Shown: positions 52,185-64,000 of the stretch, one piece after another
Numbering within the stretch: position 1 is the first letter of the stretch
Layout of the letters: each line of letters starts with the position of its first letter
Assembly: GCA_050575255.1 (NCBI GenBank)
Contig: JBNZDD010013610.1
Span: 2,154,366-2,218,365, forward strand
Origin: Harriotta raleighana
Taxonomy: Eukaryota
Direction of reading: 5' to 3'
Length of the DNA stretch: 64,000 nucleotides
The notes under the pieces: generated by a model
Told to the model about the DNA's origin: nothing
The model's database searches: none
What the model saw: only the letters and a program-made list of their open reading frames with translations
Translations under genes and position numbers: made by a program

Positions 52185-52269
52185 TCAAAGTCCAAATCGT
52201 GCTGGGGTATGTCGAGGTGTCGTTGGTGTTCCTGGGTCTCTGCGTCCTGGGGTATAAATCTTGACCGAC
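52185..52269 (-). CDS. DHX38: DHX38/PRP16 last coding exon
   Basis: Acceptor cattaaag|G; (R)SVKIYTPGRRDPGTPTTPRHTPARFGL*, matching the known PRP16 C-terminus ..TPRRTPARFGL; phase matches the upstream exon. Confidence 0.93.
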
Positions 52270-54796
52270 CTTTAATGAGACAGAAAGAAAAATTGGATAA
52301 TAACATAAATATAATAAATAATATAAAAAGGCAAGGGAAGACCAGATAACTTCAGGAAACAATTTGGAGAGAGCCTTGTAAGTACGTACCAGTTTAACTG
52401 ACAGAGAATGTGCCCTTGTAGATTGTGTGGATAGACGCTGAACATGTATTGGCCTGAAAATGGTATGGCACAAGCAGAATAAGCTCCAACTTTTCTCGGC
52501 GGTTCATGCCCTGCCAGGGAGCAACCACGGGGAGATAAAGTCTATCTAATTTACTAATCTCAGTTTAGTAATAGGTTCACCCACGCTTTTGTTCCCATGG
52601 GAAACCAACAATTGCTTGGACTGATAAATACTTTGTTTGGCAAATGCTTGGCTCTATCTATGTAGAAAGCTAAAGTTCTATGATTCACCACATGATATTC
52701 CTTTTCAGCGCAGGAAAAGGGAGGGGGAGCGGGGAGGTGGATGCAGATAAACTGTCAGCAGCACGATACCCTGAAATAAATGAAACACAAGATACAATTT
52801 TCGGCAACAACAAACAGGGCAAGTCATAAGCCATATCTGTGTGCTGAACAAGATAAAAGGTGGATCTCCTAACCAAAGGAATTAAGTTCACTAACCCCCT
52901 GTGTGCTGAAATGAGAGGTGGCAGATTAACAGCTTTAAGAGCGGAAGATAACAATGTGTTTATACAGGACGCAGAGGCAGGACTTATTTTTCTGAAAGTG
53001 TTAAAATGGATGTCTCCAGTTTCTCTCAGCCCCATTGATATGCTAACCGTACTTGGTATATGGAGGATAACCAATAACAATTAAGTTAGGGGGACTGTAT
53101 TAACAAGATAATGCAAAGCAATCCACATCACTGTAACAAGCAATCTATAGAGCTTTTCAATGCAGGTTTTAGCTGCCATATAAATAGCCAAATTATATCC
53201 AACAAATACTACAATTAGAATTAGATTGACATCATGTATTCGGCACATAACACAGCAACATTTAACAGCATTTAGTAACAATACTCATCTCTAAAGAACT
53301 CAATGAGTTGTGTCTAGAGCAAAACCCAGTACACGCAAGGTCAAGAATACACAAAGTGGACTGCTAATCCATATAGCTCTGGTTAAACAAGATTCCCAAA
53401 ACTTGTAGTTCATTCACTTTGCTTCAAGAGTTTATGTTCAAACCATAAACATTATAAACACGAGTCTCACGGCAATCTAATTAGCACCGGCAATTCTTCC
53501 TGCTGCCCTGAAACCAAACCACAAATAAATGTAGCACAGAAGTAAACCTGTGGAAGAGGAGTTATATCCAATTTGTGGCATTGATCATAATTCAGGTCAG
53601 CACACAAGTGAATTATAAATCATGTTCCACGAGTCTTCCTAATGTAGCCTCTATTTTCAAATAGGGTTCTGTGCTTCGCTGGTAATAATGACACCCACAT
53701 ATAAAAATACCATCTAACCAGGCAATCTAATCTGTTTTTCATACGAGGAGCCAGAAATTTTCAAATGGTCAGATGCAAACAAAATACGTCTCAATGCAAA
53801 TGTTTCAATGCAAATTTAAACCAAAGCTAAGGAAGTATTTTTTCGATGGGGTAAATTGCAGTCAAATTTTAAGGAAATATTTGACCTGCTATTTCTGAAT
53901 CACATAACCGTTGAGTTATGTCCATGTATAGATTAGATTTTTTTCCCATTTCAGCAAGTTAATTTAAGAATTACAATTTAGACATTTTATAATTTCTATG
54001 TAGCAAAATAAAATCCTGAGCATGTGGATTTCCTTCAGCTAAATGTACCTGAAAAATGAATAAAATTTAGTGACAAACCAGTTATTCTTTTTAACATGCA
54101 CTAACTGAACATTTTTAATCCATCATAATTTGATATTGCACCAGTGACCCCTGCAGGTGACCTTCCCACTTCCTTCTCTGAAGAACAGCTTTAAAAAAAG
54201 ACTATAGTGTTTTATATTCCATATTTAGGAACTGCAGTAACAGAGAATATTGCTCTTATCTCTCTTGGCCAGAAATGGCAAGGTATTATTTCATTCACTT
54301 GAGAGAGAGTGAGGAGGTCTGCATTAAAGAATCTGTCAGAACCAAGATGAAAGTCACTGGAACAATTGTCTTCTCTTGGAAGAAGCCGGACAAATCCCCC
54401 AGCAATCTGTGTGTTAGATAGTCATTGTTTCTATTCAATTTTGTAAATCTGAAAGGCTGATTCTTTCACTCTCAGAATTATATTAGGTACAGCTGCTACT
54501 GATGGCTACCTGATACCTGAAGTCAGCCAAAATATAACACCAACAAATGTACTCAAACAAACACATTATGTTTTTTCAGGTCAGTAAATTAACAACCAGC
54601 CTCTCGTCTTGAGGCCAAAAGCACGATTGCAATCGCTTAAAAGAAGTCATTGGAGTGATTATATGGAGATGTTTGAAAGTAAAATATTTACATCCAATTG
54701 ATTTAGTGTCATAGCGCTTAGATGAACGCTACAGCAACCATAATGAATTAAAAGTTTTCTTTTAATTTTTCCATAAAGCTTCATACCTGGGATGTT

Positions 54797-54980
54797 TAAT
54801 AACAATCCTTGCATTTGATATAGCGCTTTTCACATCTTATCAACGACTCAAAGCACTTCACAGAATATACCGTAAAGTGAATTGACTGGTTTCTTTGTGG
54901 ATGAAACGTGGCAGCCAATTGCGTACAGCAGTGTGCCACAAACAGTCATGAATTGAAAATAACCAATTTTTATCATTGTG
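54797..54980 (-). mobile_element. tRNA-SINE family 3' part
   Basis: Reverse complement tail and body. Confidence 0.8.
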
Positions 54981-55637
54981 ATTCTTTTGTTTAGAAACCG
55001 AAGAGGACAAAATGCAGGTCTGGTTTAGAACTTCAATGCATTAATAAAAATGATTTTAAAAAAAACTCTTCATTCTCTGCCTCTTGCTAAATCACTAAGT
55101 AATCTTCCAGACTGGAAATATCTGCCGAGTCTTCATTGAATGGCCAGACTAGAGGGACCCAGAGAGCGAGGAGGACAAAGCTGTTTTTCCCTAAGTGCCC
55201 TACCTATTAGAGTACGGGCAGGAGCTTGTAGCAAGTAGGTGAGCCATTTATCGCTAGTGTGACTCAGTCACAGACATGTGAAGCGTCTTAGCATTACCAC
55301 CTTGTTACAGATTAAAATAAGAACCATATTGTGAAAATTTTAAAGAAAAGCAAGTGCCATCTCATCTTCCACTGTAAAGGGAATCCATTGTGCGTTTTAT
55401 TAATTGAAAATATTCAACAGTAGACCGCTTGCCAAATAAATGAATTTGAAAGGTTGACAAAATCGCTGCCGTAAATTGCTTTAGGCAGATTTATGTTAAA
55501 ATCTGGACTAAAGAAAAAAAATCTGCATCAACATGCTAAACTGCCCCTGTAATGTGTTGATGCACAGGGCCTTGTGGGATACATATCACAACATGATCAG
55601 TAACACATACAAGATCTACACGTGTGTCACTAGCATG

Positions 55638-55890
55638 TGAGCTTGGCTCAGTGGTAGGGTATTCACCTTGGGAGTCACAAGGTTTTGGATTCAAATCCTA
55701 TGTTTCTCCCGGTGTCCTGGTCAACAATCCCATTACTGTGCACAATTGTGCTGTTGCGATGATCTACAAATAGACAAGTCACTCCATTTCACAGTAAATC
55801 CCGTGAAGCGTTGAGACGTCCTTCCGACATCATAAAGTGATGTCCTTCCGACATCACTATACCAAAGGCAGAATTATTATTGTATTATTA
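55638..55890 (+). mobile_element. Diverged tRNA-SINE
   Basis: A box TGGCTCAGTGG, B-box-like GATTCAAATCC, degenerate tail with an internal tandem duplication of GTCCTTCCGACATCA. Confidence 0.65.
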
Positions 55891-58800
55891 CACACTTATT
55901 ATTAATAATAACTTGCCCACTTGCAGTGTGTTGAAAGCTGCATTTATGATCACTGCTTCCTTCCCAATGATCACAAGTCATTCAAACAGGCCAGCAATTA
56001 TTAAACCACTGTGCGTTTAGCTCCACTACTAGCAGAATAAAATGGTGGACAGCACTTCATCAGTGATGATAAAAACCTTCCTTTATTGTTCTGTTCTGAT
56101 GAATTCAATCTAATGCTGTCTCCCCCCGCCCCCACAGCCATCCAATTTTATTTTAATATATAAAACCCCTAAAACATAAGATAGCATTGCAATTATCCTG
56201 TGTGTTTGGTGAATTGTTTAGAACATTTCCAAACTGCCTTTAAAAATGTAAATGTTGACCCAGATTGGAAAGCTGACGCTCAGCAATGATTAAATAATTA
56301 GTTTCACTGTTAGGTTCACATTACAGACTACACAATTTAAATTAATCAGGATACTGTCATATTAAATAGGGAGAAAAAAATGAAATCTGCTCACCTGACA
56401 ATTACATTATTTGCATTTGAATGGGGGGATCACTAGGAAACAGCGGAAGGCACCAGATTTTAATTATTTTATTCTAAACTCAGAAATTCCAATCAACATT
56501 TTGTGTCATTACTCAAAACGTCTGAAATATTTGGCTCACAAAGATAGTTCTAAAATGCAGATAAATTTGATTAATTAGTCTGTACATTGAACCGCTAATA
56601 TTGATTTAATGTCTTTTTTTTAATCAGAAAAAAATTATACAAATCCCCTGATTTAGTCACTGTATCCGGATCACAGGTCATATTCACATTAAAGGGATTC
56701 ATTTTTGCTGTAATTTCAAAACAGTGGGGTTAAAATACTAAATTCTAGTCATTTTCTCCAGCACAAAGCACAAGGACAGGTTAAGGACAGAATGATGTCA
56801 GCCATGCACCTATTCAACATTCATTATAAAATTCATTTATTCTATAACCATGCAGGAAAATTTGGTTTCAAACAGGAATATAGAAATATGAGCTACATAT
56901 AGAGGTCTTTGCTTCAAAAGCCATAGAAATGAACTGCAGGACCCCAATTCATAAATGAAATTACAAAATATTTTAAGGTAGAGTGTTGAGATTCACTGGC
57001 CATCTAAAATGCTGTGACACCAGTTACTGGAAAACAGGCACAAGGGATAAAGAAACAAATGTAACTTAATTTATTTGGGAACGTGAAAGGAACTCTAATA
57101 ATGTAATTTTGTTGATGCTGTTGTATTTGCACGCGCTAATAATCAGATGAACAGAAACAATGGCTATTGAATGGAATCAGATTGTCTGCCTTCTCTCTTA
57201 GTGGGTAATGATAACACTGTGAGTTTATATGCATGTATGACAACAAGAGAGAATATTCTTTGAAATAAAGAGAGGAACTGAAAAATAGGGACCAAAAAAA
57301 AATAAACACTCAATTACTGACTGGATGGGTCGATTTTCAAATAGCAGCAGTTATTTTCACTGTTATATGAACTCAGATCAATAGCAGTTCACTCGGCCTG
57401 TATTAGATGATTACCTTCCAATAGCAATGGCCAATGAGATGCTATTGCCCATTAAATAACTTATTCATTCTATTACAACCCGGTTGGGATAAATGTGTTT
57501 GGCATTCCTGTTACTCGCGTCAATACCGCATTCTTCCTCCATCTCCCTTCTGTAGAAGATCCTTATAGAACTTCCTATACCAACCACAAACAAGGAACCT
57601 CAAGGCTCTCACTCCTCTGGTTTATAATTGTTATGATGTGAAACCTACCTAGTGCTGAACTCACACTCCTATAAGTAGTGAACTCAAAAACCATATAATC
57701 TTCACTTGTATCTATCAGACTATTGTTAGACTAGCTTTCTGAAGTTATCTATTATGAGGCTAGAGTTTGAATCCTGTTAGCATTCAATACAAGTAGCATT
57801 ATTTTTTTCAATAAAAACTTGCTTTTCCATCATTTTGTGTGTAAAAATGTTTCCTTTTGCCATTTTAGAATAATGATAAATCATCTGCACCTAATTTCAC
57901 GAATAAACTAGAAGAATGTTCTAATTCTACAAGAGTGATGGATATTTGCATTGCCAACTAGTGATAATTCATACTACTGAAAAATAAAACAAAAACACAA
58001 TTTACTTGTGTGAAGTATCATTTAACGGCTGGCAAGCCGTGCAGAGCGCACAAGAATTATTTAAGGGAAGGACTGAGATTCGAGGAATCATTTACTCCCA
58101 CAAAATAAACAGAATATCTCACTGGTGACAGCGAGTTCCAGACATTCTTTCACTCATGTGAAAAATTATCATAACTCACATGCACAGCCAGTGTTCATGA
58201 AAGAAAATTGGCATCTTACTATCAACAATGAGATAAGCACTATATGAATTCACTGTTGGGGGGGTGGGGTGGGGGGAAGAGTGAGAAAAAGGGAAAATGA
58301 TACATCCCTCAAATGTTTTAACGTTATTTTGTGCATTTGAAAGGAAACCTTACCTGCACGGGATTCATAAAATGCCATTTACATGGAAAACATTCTCAAC
58401 TACACAGAAAGAGCTGAGTTACACTCTCCTAAAGGCATAACTTCCTTTAAAATGTTGCTTTGCTCCCTCCCTAAAGGATACTATACATTGCTGTCGCAAT
58501 ATTCTGTGCCCAGCAATGAAGATTATTCCTGGGTTCAATGTGCTTTAGAGGAAGCGATGACATGCGGGAAAGGGAAACTATTAGTCACTGTAGATCACTT
58601 CCCAAACTTCACTAGTGGTTGGGTCAAAAAGATGGCACATCAAACAAAAACATGGTGATGGGGAAGTAATACAGAAGGCAATTTTAAAAACAATAATTTT
58701 CGTCTATACAATTTTTTTTTAAACTGAAAGATGAGGAGGCAAGCTAAAGCAACCGACATCAGTGGCACTGTTGGGGAACATTTTATTCCCACAACCAAGA

Positions 58801-59683
58801 TAAAATGTTTAGATATACAGTCACATAAACCTAGGTCAAACAGTATCTTTTTTTAAAAAAATCTAAGGCATGAGAAAGGATTTAGAAAATTTATTGTCAA
58901 TTAATTAATTTGAAATGCTCCCAAGCTTGATTCTATTGATTCATCAATTAATTAATTAATTAATCTATCTATGCATTTTAGCTGTATTTCTTATAGATCG
59001 TACATTTGGAAATAAATTGCACAAGCTGAAAGAACTGAGAAATGTGCAAATACTGTGCAAGTGCAGTAATGAAACTGTGGCGCCCTCCGTGGGTGAAAAA
59101 ACAAACTGACTGGGGCTAGGACCAGAATAGTTTAATAGCCATGGAGTCAAAACAATTCGTTCAAAATTTTTTTTTCTTCTAAACTCCCCGCCACCTCCCA
59201 CCCAAAAATTACATCATAATATTTTTTAAATAATCTGGTGATTCAGATCATTGGTATAGTCTCAGGCCTGTCTGAAATTTGATGCCTGCAGATACAGATT
59301 GAAATCCCACCATTTTTATAGATATGACACCAGTGTAAAAGTCACTGCACAGATTTTTTTTTGTTACACCAACCTCCCCAAGTGACTTTGACCAGCATAT
59401 CAATTGCATCCGAAAGCTCTCACAATAAAACAGAGACAAAAGTAGAATTTCAATTTACAAATCTCACATGAATTAACAAGCAGATCAGTTTATAGAATAA
59501 CACACAGAAAGTGAACAATGAGAATTTTATGTAAAGTGGATTAATTTGCAATGTGGATAATTTCCCATATTATAGATAAATAAAAACTTTGGGGAGCTTA
59601 CAATCTTGTTCAGTGTTTTGAAATCTACAAATAAAAGTAGCATTGCGGAGAATATTATAGGATTACTGTGAAACGGTCCATAC

Positions 59684-59805
59684 CTCACGGTGTTTAGAGT
59701 GCTCTTTTTCTCCTGTTCTTCCTTCCGTGCGAGAAGCTGTTCCTGTGCCAATACCATTTCCTCCTCCATGGCAGACAATTCCTCCTTAGCACGGCGACGA
59801 TTCTC
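59684..59805 (-). CDS. DHX38: DHX38 penultimate coding exon (122 nt)
   Basis: Acceptor ccaacag|GAG, donor AG|gtatgg; [40 protein letters not shown]. Confidence 0.95.
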
Positions 59806-60115
59806 CTGTTGGAAGAAAAAGCATTATATGATATAAAAATTCAAAAACTATATTTAAAATCAATCCTTGCCAACGCGATGAGTATTAATTGTTTCTGGGG
59901 AATAAACTTTTCCATTTCGATACCAAGCAGTACAGCACAACTTCTGCACCAAAAGACGGGAATTTCTAAACATTCATGTCATGAACCTTTGGATCAGAAC
60001 AGTCCTCTTTATTTCCCCAATTTTATTTGATAATTTTCTTCATTCCTGTAGATGCTATGTCTGGAGATGTTCAAAGCGAAGGTAGCTCTAAAGTTGTCTC
60101 TGTGTTATTTGAAAA

Positions 60116-60804
60116 CAGTTAACCCTCGTCGAACGCAACTTTATCGATTGCGAATTCAAATAAATGTGACGAAATAAAAGCATCACTGTTTTCTGCAGCG
60201 CGCGTAAAACTTGTGTATACGCACTGGCTGGCCCCACGCCTATGCGCACAGGTGAGGACCCCGAACACTCCCGACTAAATCTGATGATCCCTCGGCTGAT
60301 TGGTCCCGCGCACATGCACACTTTTGACGAGGCCGGCAGATCCCGACTAAAGCCGATGATTCCTCGGCTGGCTGGCCCCGCGCGCAATGCATTCTTGGGT
60401 AAGTTTTAGATAACTCTTCGGCCTCGGAGCATCCTGATGGCATAGTAAACATAGTAAACAGAAGAGACAGAGAGAACATAACAGCTTTTATTGCTTTGTT
60501 GCTTTCTTTTTATTGCTTTACTGCTTTGTTATCGCTTTATAGCAATAAAGCGATACCAAAGCCAGAGCTAGCCTATGGCTCTCTGCTCCCGCCCCCGAGA
60601 GGCTTTCTGCTCCCCCACCCCCAAGTGGCTCTCTGCCCTCCTCCCCCCTCCCACACGGCTCTCTGCGGCTTGAGGTGGGTAACCTGCGACTGGATTCCCC
60701 TAACCCCGCTTTTCCCATTACTTATTAAGCTTACCCAATGTAATTTTATCGAGTGCATAGTTTTTTGCAGGAACGTAAACCCCATGGTCGACGAGGGTTA
60801 ACTG
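60116..60804. mobile_element. Tigger-like non-autonomous DNA transposon in a DHX38 intron
   Basis: Perfect 17-bp TIR CAGTTAACCCTCGTCGA / TCGACGAGGGTTAACTG; TA on the right, AA on the left; GC- and CpG-rich interior. Confidence 0.85.
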
Positions 60805-61354
60805 TACTTCATTTACACAATTTTCACACCAGTTTTATTTAAGATCCATCCATTTGAAAAAGAAGATTCCAGCAATTGGCAAGTGCTGCAACAGCAAACA
60901 CCTGCTTATTTCCAGCTTTGTGCAAAGTCAAGACGTAATATCTTGGTAATAATCTTCCTAAAATAAAGCTAATTTTGCAATAATGTCAGAAATGATATCC
61001 TGAATATTAAACGCTTGATTAAATCTGAACTTTAATGCACAGAAGAAATCAATTCCATGCAATTGCATGTAATCATATATATTAAATATTAGAGCAGCAT
61101 CTGTGTTTTGTTGCCATCTATTTATGTACAAAACACAATGATACCATTAAATTTAAAAATATTTCCCTCGTAATATTTACTATCATGCATTAGGGTACAC
61201 TCAGACCTTGATCCAATCCGTATAATCCAGGTACATTGTGAATCCTGACATATATCTTTACACTAAAGCGCTCCAAGACGCTGTCCAGCATAAGGAATGC
61301 TCTATAAATAAATGCAAGTTGTTGTTAAATTGACTGTGTGGTTGGCTTGCTTAC

Positions 61355-61450
61355 CTGCCTGGTTTTACCAGCTTGCTTCACACTGTAGAACATTGGTCCC
61401 AGTTCAGCAAGCCACTCCCCATCTACTGCAGTGACACACTGCATGTACTC
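61355..61450 (-). CDS. DHX38: DHX38 exon (96 nt)
   Basis: Acceptor ttttctag|GAG, donor CAG|gtaagc; [32 protein letters not shown]. Confidence 0.96.
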
Positions 61451-61842
61451 CTAGAAAACCAAGAATAAACATCCATTGTCAATGGACATAACCGACAAAC
61501 AATTACATCCACCATGTTACAGGTCAAATCAAATCAGAGTAGCAGTCAGAACAACACTCTACATTACAGAAACTTGTGGAATGATGCCATAGAAACTACG
61601 TGGAAAGTTCAATGACTTACAATGTTAGTTGAAGCTACCCATTGCTTAAACACTGTTGATAGAAAAAAAAGAAATCTTGCCACAGACAACAGTTTCCTGG
61701 TAAATAATTGATTTTAATATTACATCCTGTTAAGGTTAAAGCTCATCTTTTCAACCAGAGGCTTCTTCTATTAAAACTTTAACTAGTTAGGGTGCAGTGT
61801 CATAGCCTGTACTCAGGAGATTCAGAGGTACAAACAGTTTAC

Positions 61843-61968
61843 CTTTGACGTCATCACCAGTTCATGGTAGACAATGTAATCCGGTGTGTAGCCCATGCCA
61901 AAGAGTGAGCTTGTGGGATGCAAGTGGCAGGGCATACCTGTTCTCACATTCACATACTCTCCTATACC
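61843..61968 (-). CDS. DHX38: DHX38 exon (126 nt), DEAH helicase OB-fold region
   Basis: Acceptor cttgcag|GGT, donor AAG|gtaaac; [42 protein letters not shown]. Confidence 0.97.
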
Positions 61969-64000
61969 CTGCAAGACACAAACACAGTACGAGTTAACTA
62001 CTGATCGCATGAGGCGAAAGAAGCGAGCAAGCAAAGTCAGAGTAAAGCCATAAAAGGAGTCAAAAGCATGTCTGCATCTTATTAACACTCACTTCTGAAG
62101 TTAATTAAGACAGTTAACCTGATTATGTTCCTCTCTCTTTGTAGAATTATTTTTTGAGAATATATGATGTGATTCCATGATGTGCAGCAATGTTCTTATT
62201 ATACAATCAACTTCATTAGGCTATACAATTAAAAAGCCAAGTCAATCCCTCCCACCCTTATGTGTGCCTTACTTTTTCAAACATTGATTACAGTTTGCAA
62301 ACAGATCACTTCAATGTAAAGTGATCCACAGATGTATTTTGCATCACAGAAAAGGAAGAATTTTTTAAAAAAAACAATATTATTCTGAGGATAAATCTTC
62401 AACCCAAAGTAATTCATTAGAAAATAAAAATGTATTTGAAAAGGGCAACAAGATTTAAATGAAGGAAAACAAAGAGACTTTCTTTAACGGAGGTAAAAGT
62501 AAAACAACGTGAGGAACAATTTGCTCCCTGGCAAAAATGTAACATCAAGTCCTATCCTTAGGCAGGTAGATAGTAAAGCAGATCTCTGCTATCATTAGTG
62601 GAAGTAGAATGCTGCCTGTTGCAACATGCTGTGCAGCTTCTTCTTGCTATAACAGAAAATAATCAATAAAGAAATTATCAGTTGTACCACCAATGTGTTG
62701 GTGGATTGTCAGCAGCAAGGCTGACAGCATAATAAACTCAATAAAATGTGAGGAAATACATTGCAACGATTTGGGGGGTGTAGTGAAGAACAAAGCTTCG
62801 ACTATCTGTCAGCACTAAAATTCCACTAATGTTATTGCAAGTGTTTTATCTTGTAGTGGAAGCTCCAGTTATGGGAAATTCAATCTTGAAAGACTTAAGA
62901 TCTTATCGGTGAAAATCAAAATATAGTGGAGCCCATTTATCATCATTTCTATTGCCGCTCATTTTGCTGATACTGTAATGTTTTTAAGAAGTGCAGCTGT
63001 GCAACGTTTTAATGCAAACTAGCAACTCAGATTTGAATCCTGACGGCCACATCAGGTTTCACTCAAGAGCCGAGCTGCCAATCACAAAGGGATTATCAGA
63101 GGAGCCAAGGTGCTGAGCTGCAGCAGAGAGAGAAGACTTTCCAAAAACTAGAACTTTTATTATAAGACATCATATGTGAACTAGGATATCTCACAAAGTT
63201 ACGCAAGGGGACGGTTTGAAAAGGCACGGAAGCTGTAACACATGCCATACGCATCTTTGGAAAAAACTTGAAAGGCATAAACTGCAGATGAAGCGCAATG
63301 AAATAGCTTGTTAGCATCAGGCCAAGTTTGTCACTGTTCCACGTGCGCTAAGTAATGAGCTTTAGCTGCAAAGATGAGATGTTCTTTGCTTTCAGATTTC
63401 TTTAATCCAGTCCAACATTTGCAAGACAGAAGTGACTGCATTTTTAGGTGTAAATTTAGACCCAGGTGGAATTTCTCGCAAAATATTCCTGTTTATACCT
63501 ATACCTGCAGTTGGTGTCCACAGATTTCTCTTGTTTCCACTTCCTTGAATTTAAGTTTTTTCTAATGTTCTTGTTAGATGGGATACTGAACAAGTGCGCA
63601 GCATGTTGATGCACCAGCTCGCAACCTCATAGACCACATTGATTCTCTGCAGCCCCAATTTGCTCATTTTAGCTTTACTGCTGCGGGAAGCACTTAAAAA
63701 AAGGGGCCCCTCAGGCAGCTGTCATTAGCTTCCTAGAAGCCTGTGCAGCACAGCTGGGTAGAGACTCGGAGCAGCATTCTAACCAACCACAATTCCTCTG
63801 TCACAGGCTCGGTTGACAAGTGCATTTGCCCAAAATATAAGAATACAAACCCATCTTATTTGACTGTCAAGCTGTGTTTAATGTGGGTTTACAGTCCTAG
63901 GCAAATGATACAGACCCAGTCAGCATCTTCTAGCAGCAAAGAGCGATACTCTGTCTGAACGCTCAATCTGAGGCAATACTGAATTTCTACAACTGGTGTC

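Noticed and set aside
55524-55564. Hairpin TGCATCAACA...TGTTGATGCA as a possible miRNA
   Set aside because: Only a 10-bp stem, too short for a pre-miRNA, and no family recognised.
1-64000. CRISPR arrays, operons or prokaryotic defence systems
   Set aside because: The sequence is eukaryotic; the recurring motifs are dispersed retroposon tails, not regularly spaced repeats.

Overview
Vertebrate genomic DNA, not prokaryotic. It is AT-rich, has spliced genes and is dense in SINE/LINE relics; the repeat complement (Deu-type tRNA-SINEs, L2 and CR1) suggests a cartilaginous fish, possibly a chimaera, which is inference only. Two convergent genes flank the window. Eight 3' coding exons of a PMFBP1-like coiled-coil gene lie on + (2052-14304, last exon unresolved), and the last four coding exons of DHX38/PRP16 lie on - (61968-52185, polyA signal near 51710). 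This is the same tail-to-tail pair seen in human. Between them is a decayed Ty3/Gypsy LTR retrotransposon on - (about 36750-42985) with PBS, PPT and gag-RT-RNaseH-integrase. It has an odd composite LTR carrying about 285 bp of extra DNA, and a 1.87 kb duplication across a single N that is probably an assembly artefact. There are also Tigger-like MITEs, many SINE/L2/CR1 fragments and several candidate conserved non-coding elements. Nearly all short ORFs in the supplied track are spurious. I found no convincing novel multi-gene system; the best leads are the LTR architecture, heptad-phased exons, a GC-AG intron and a Pbx-Hox/Meis enhancer candidate. Repeat boundaries are approximate.
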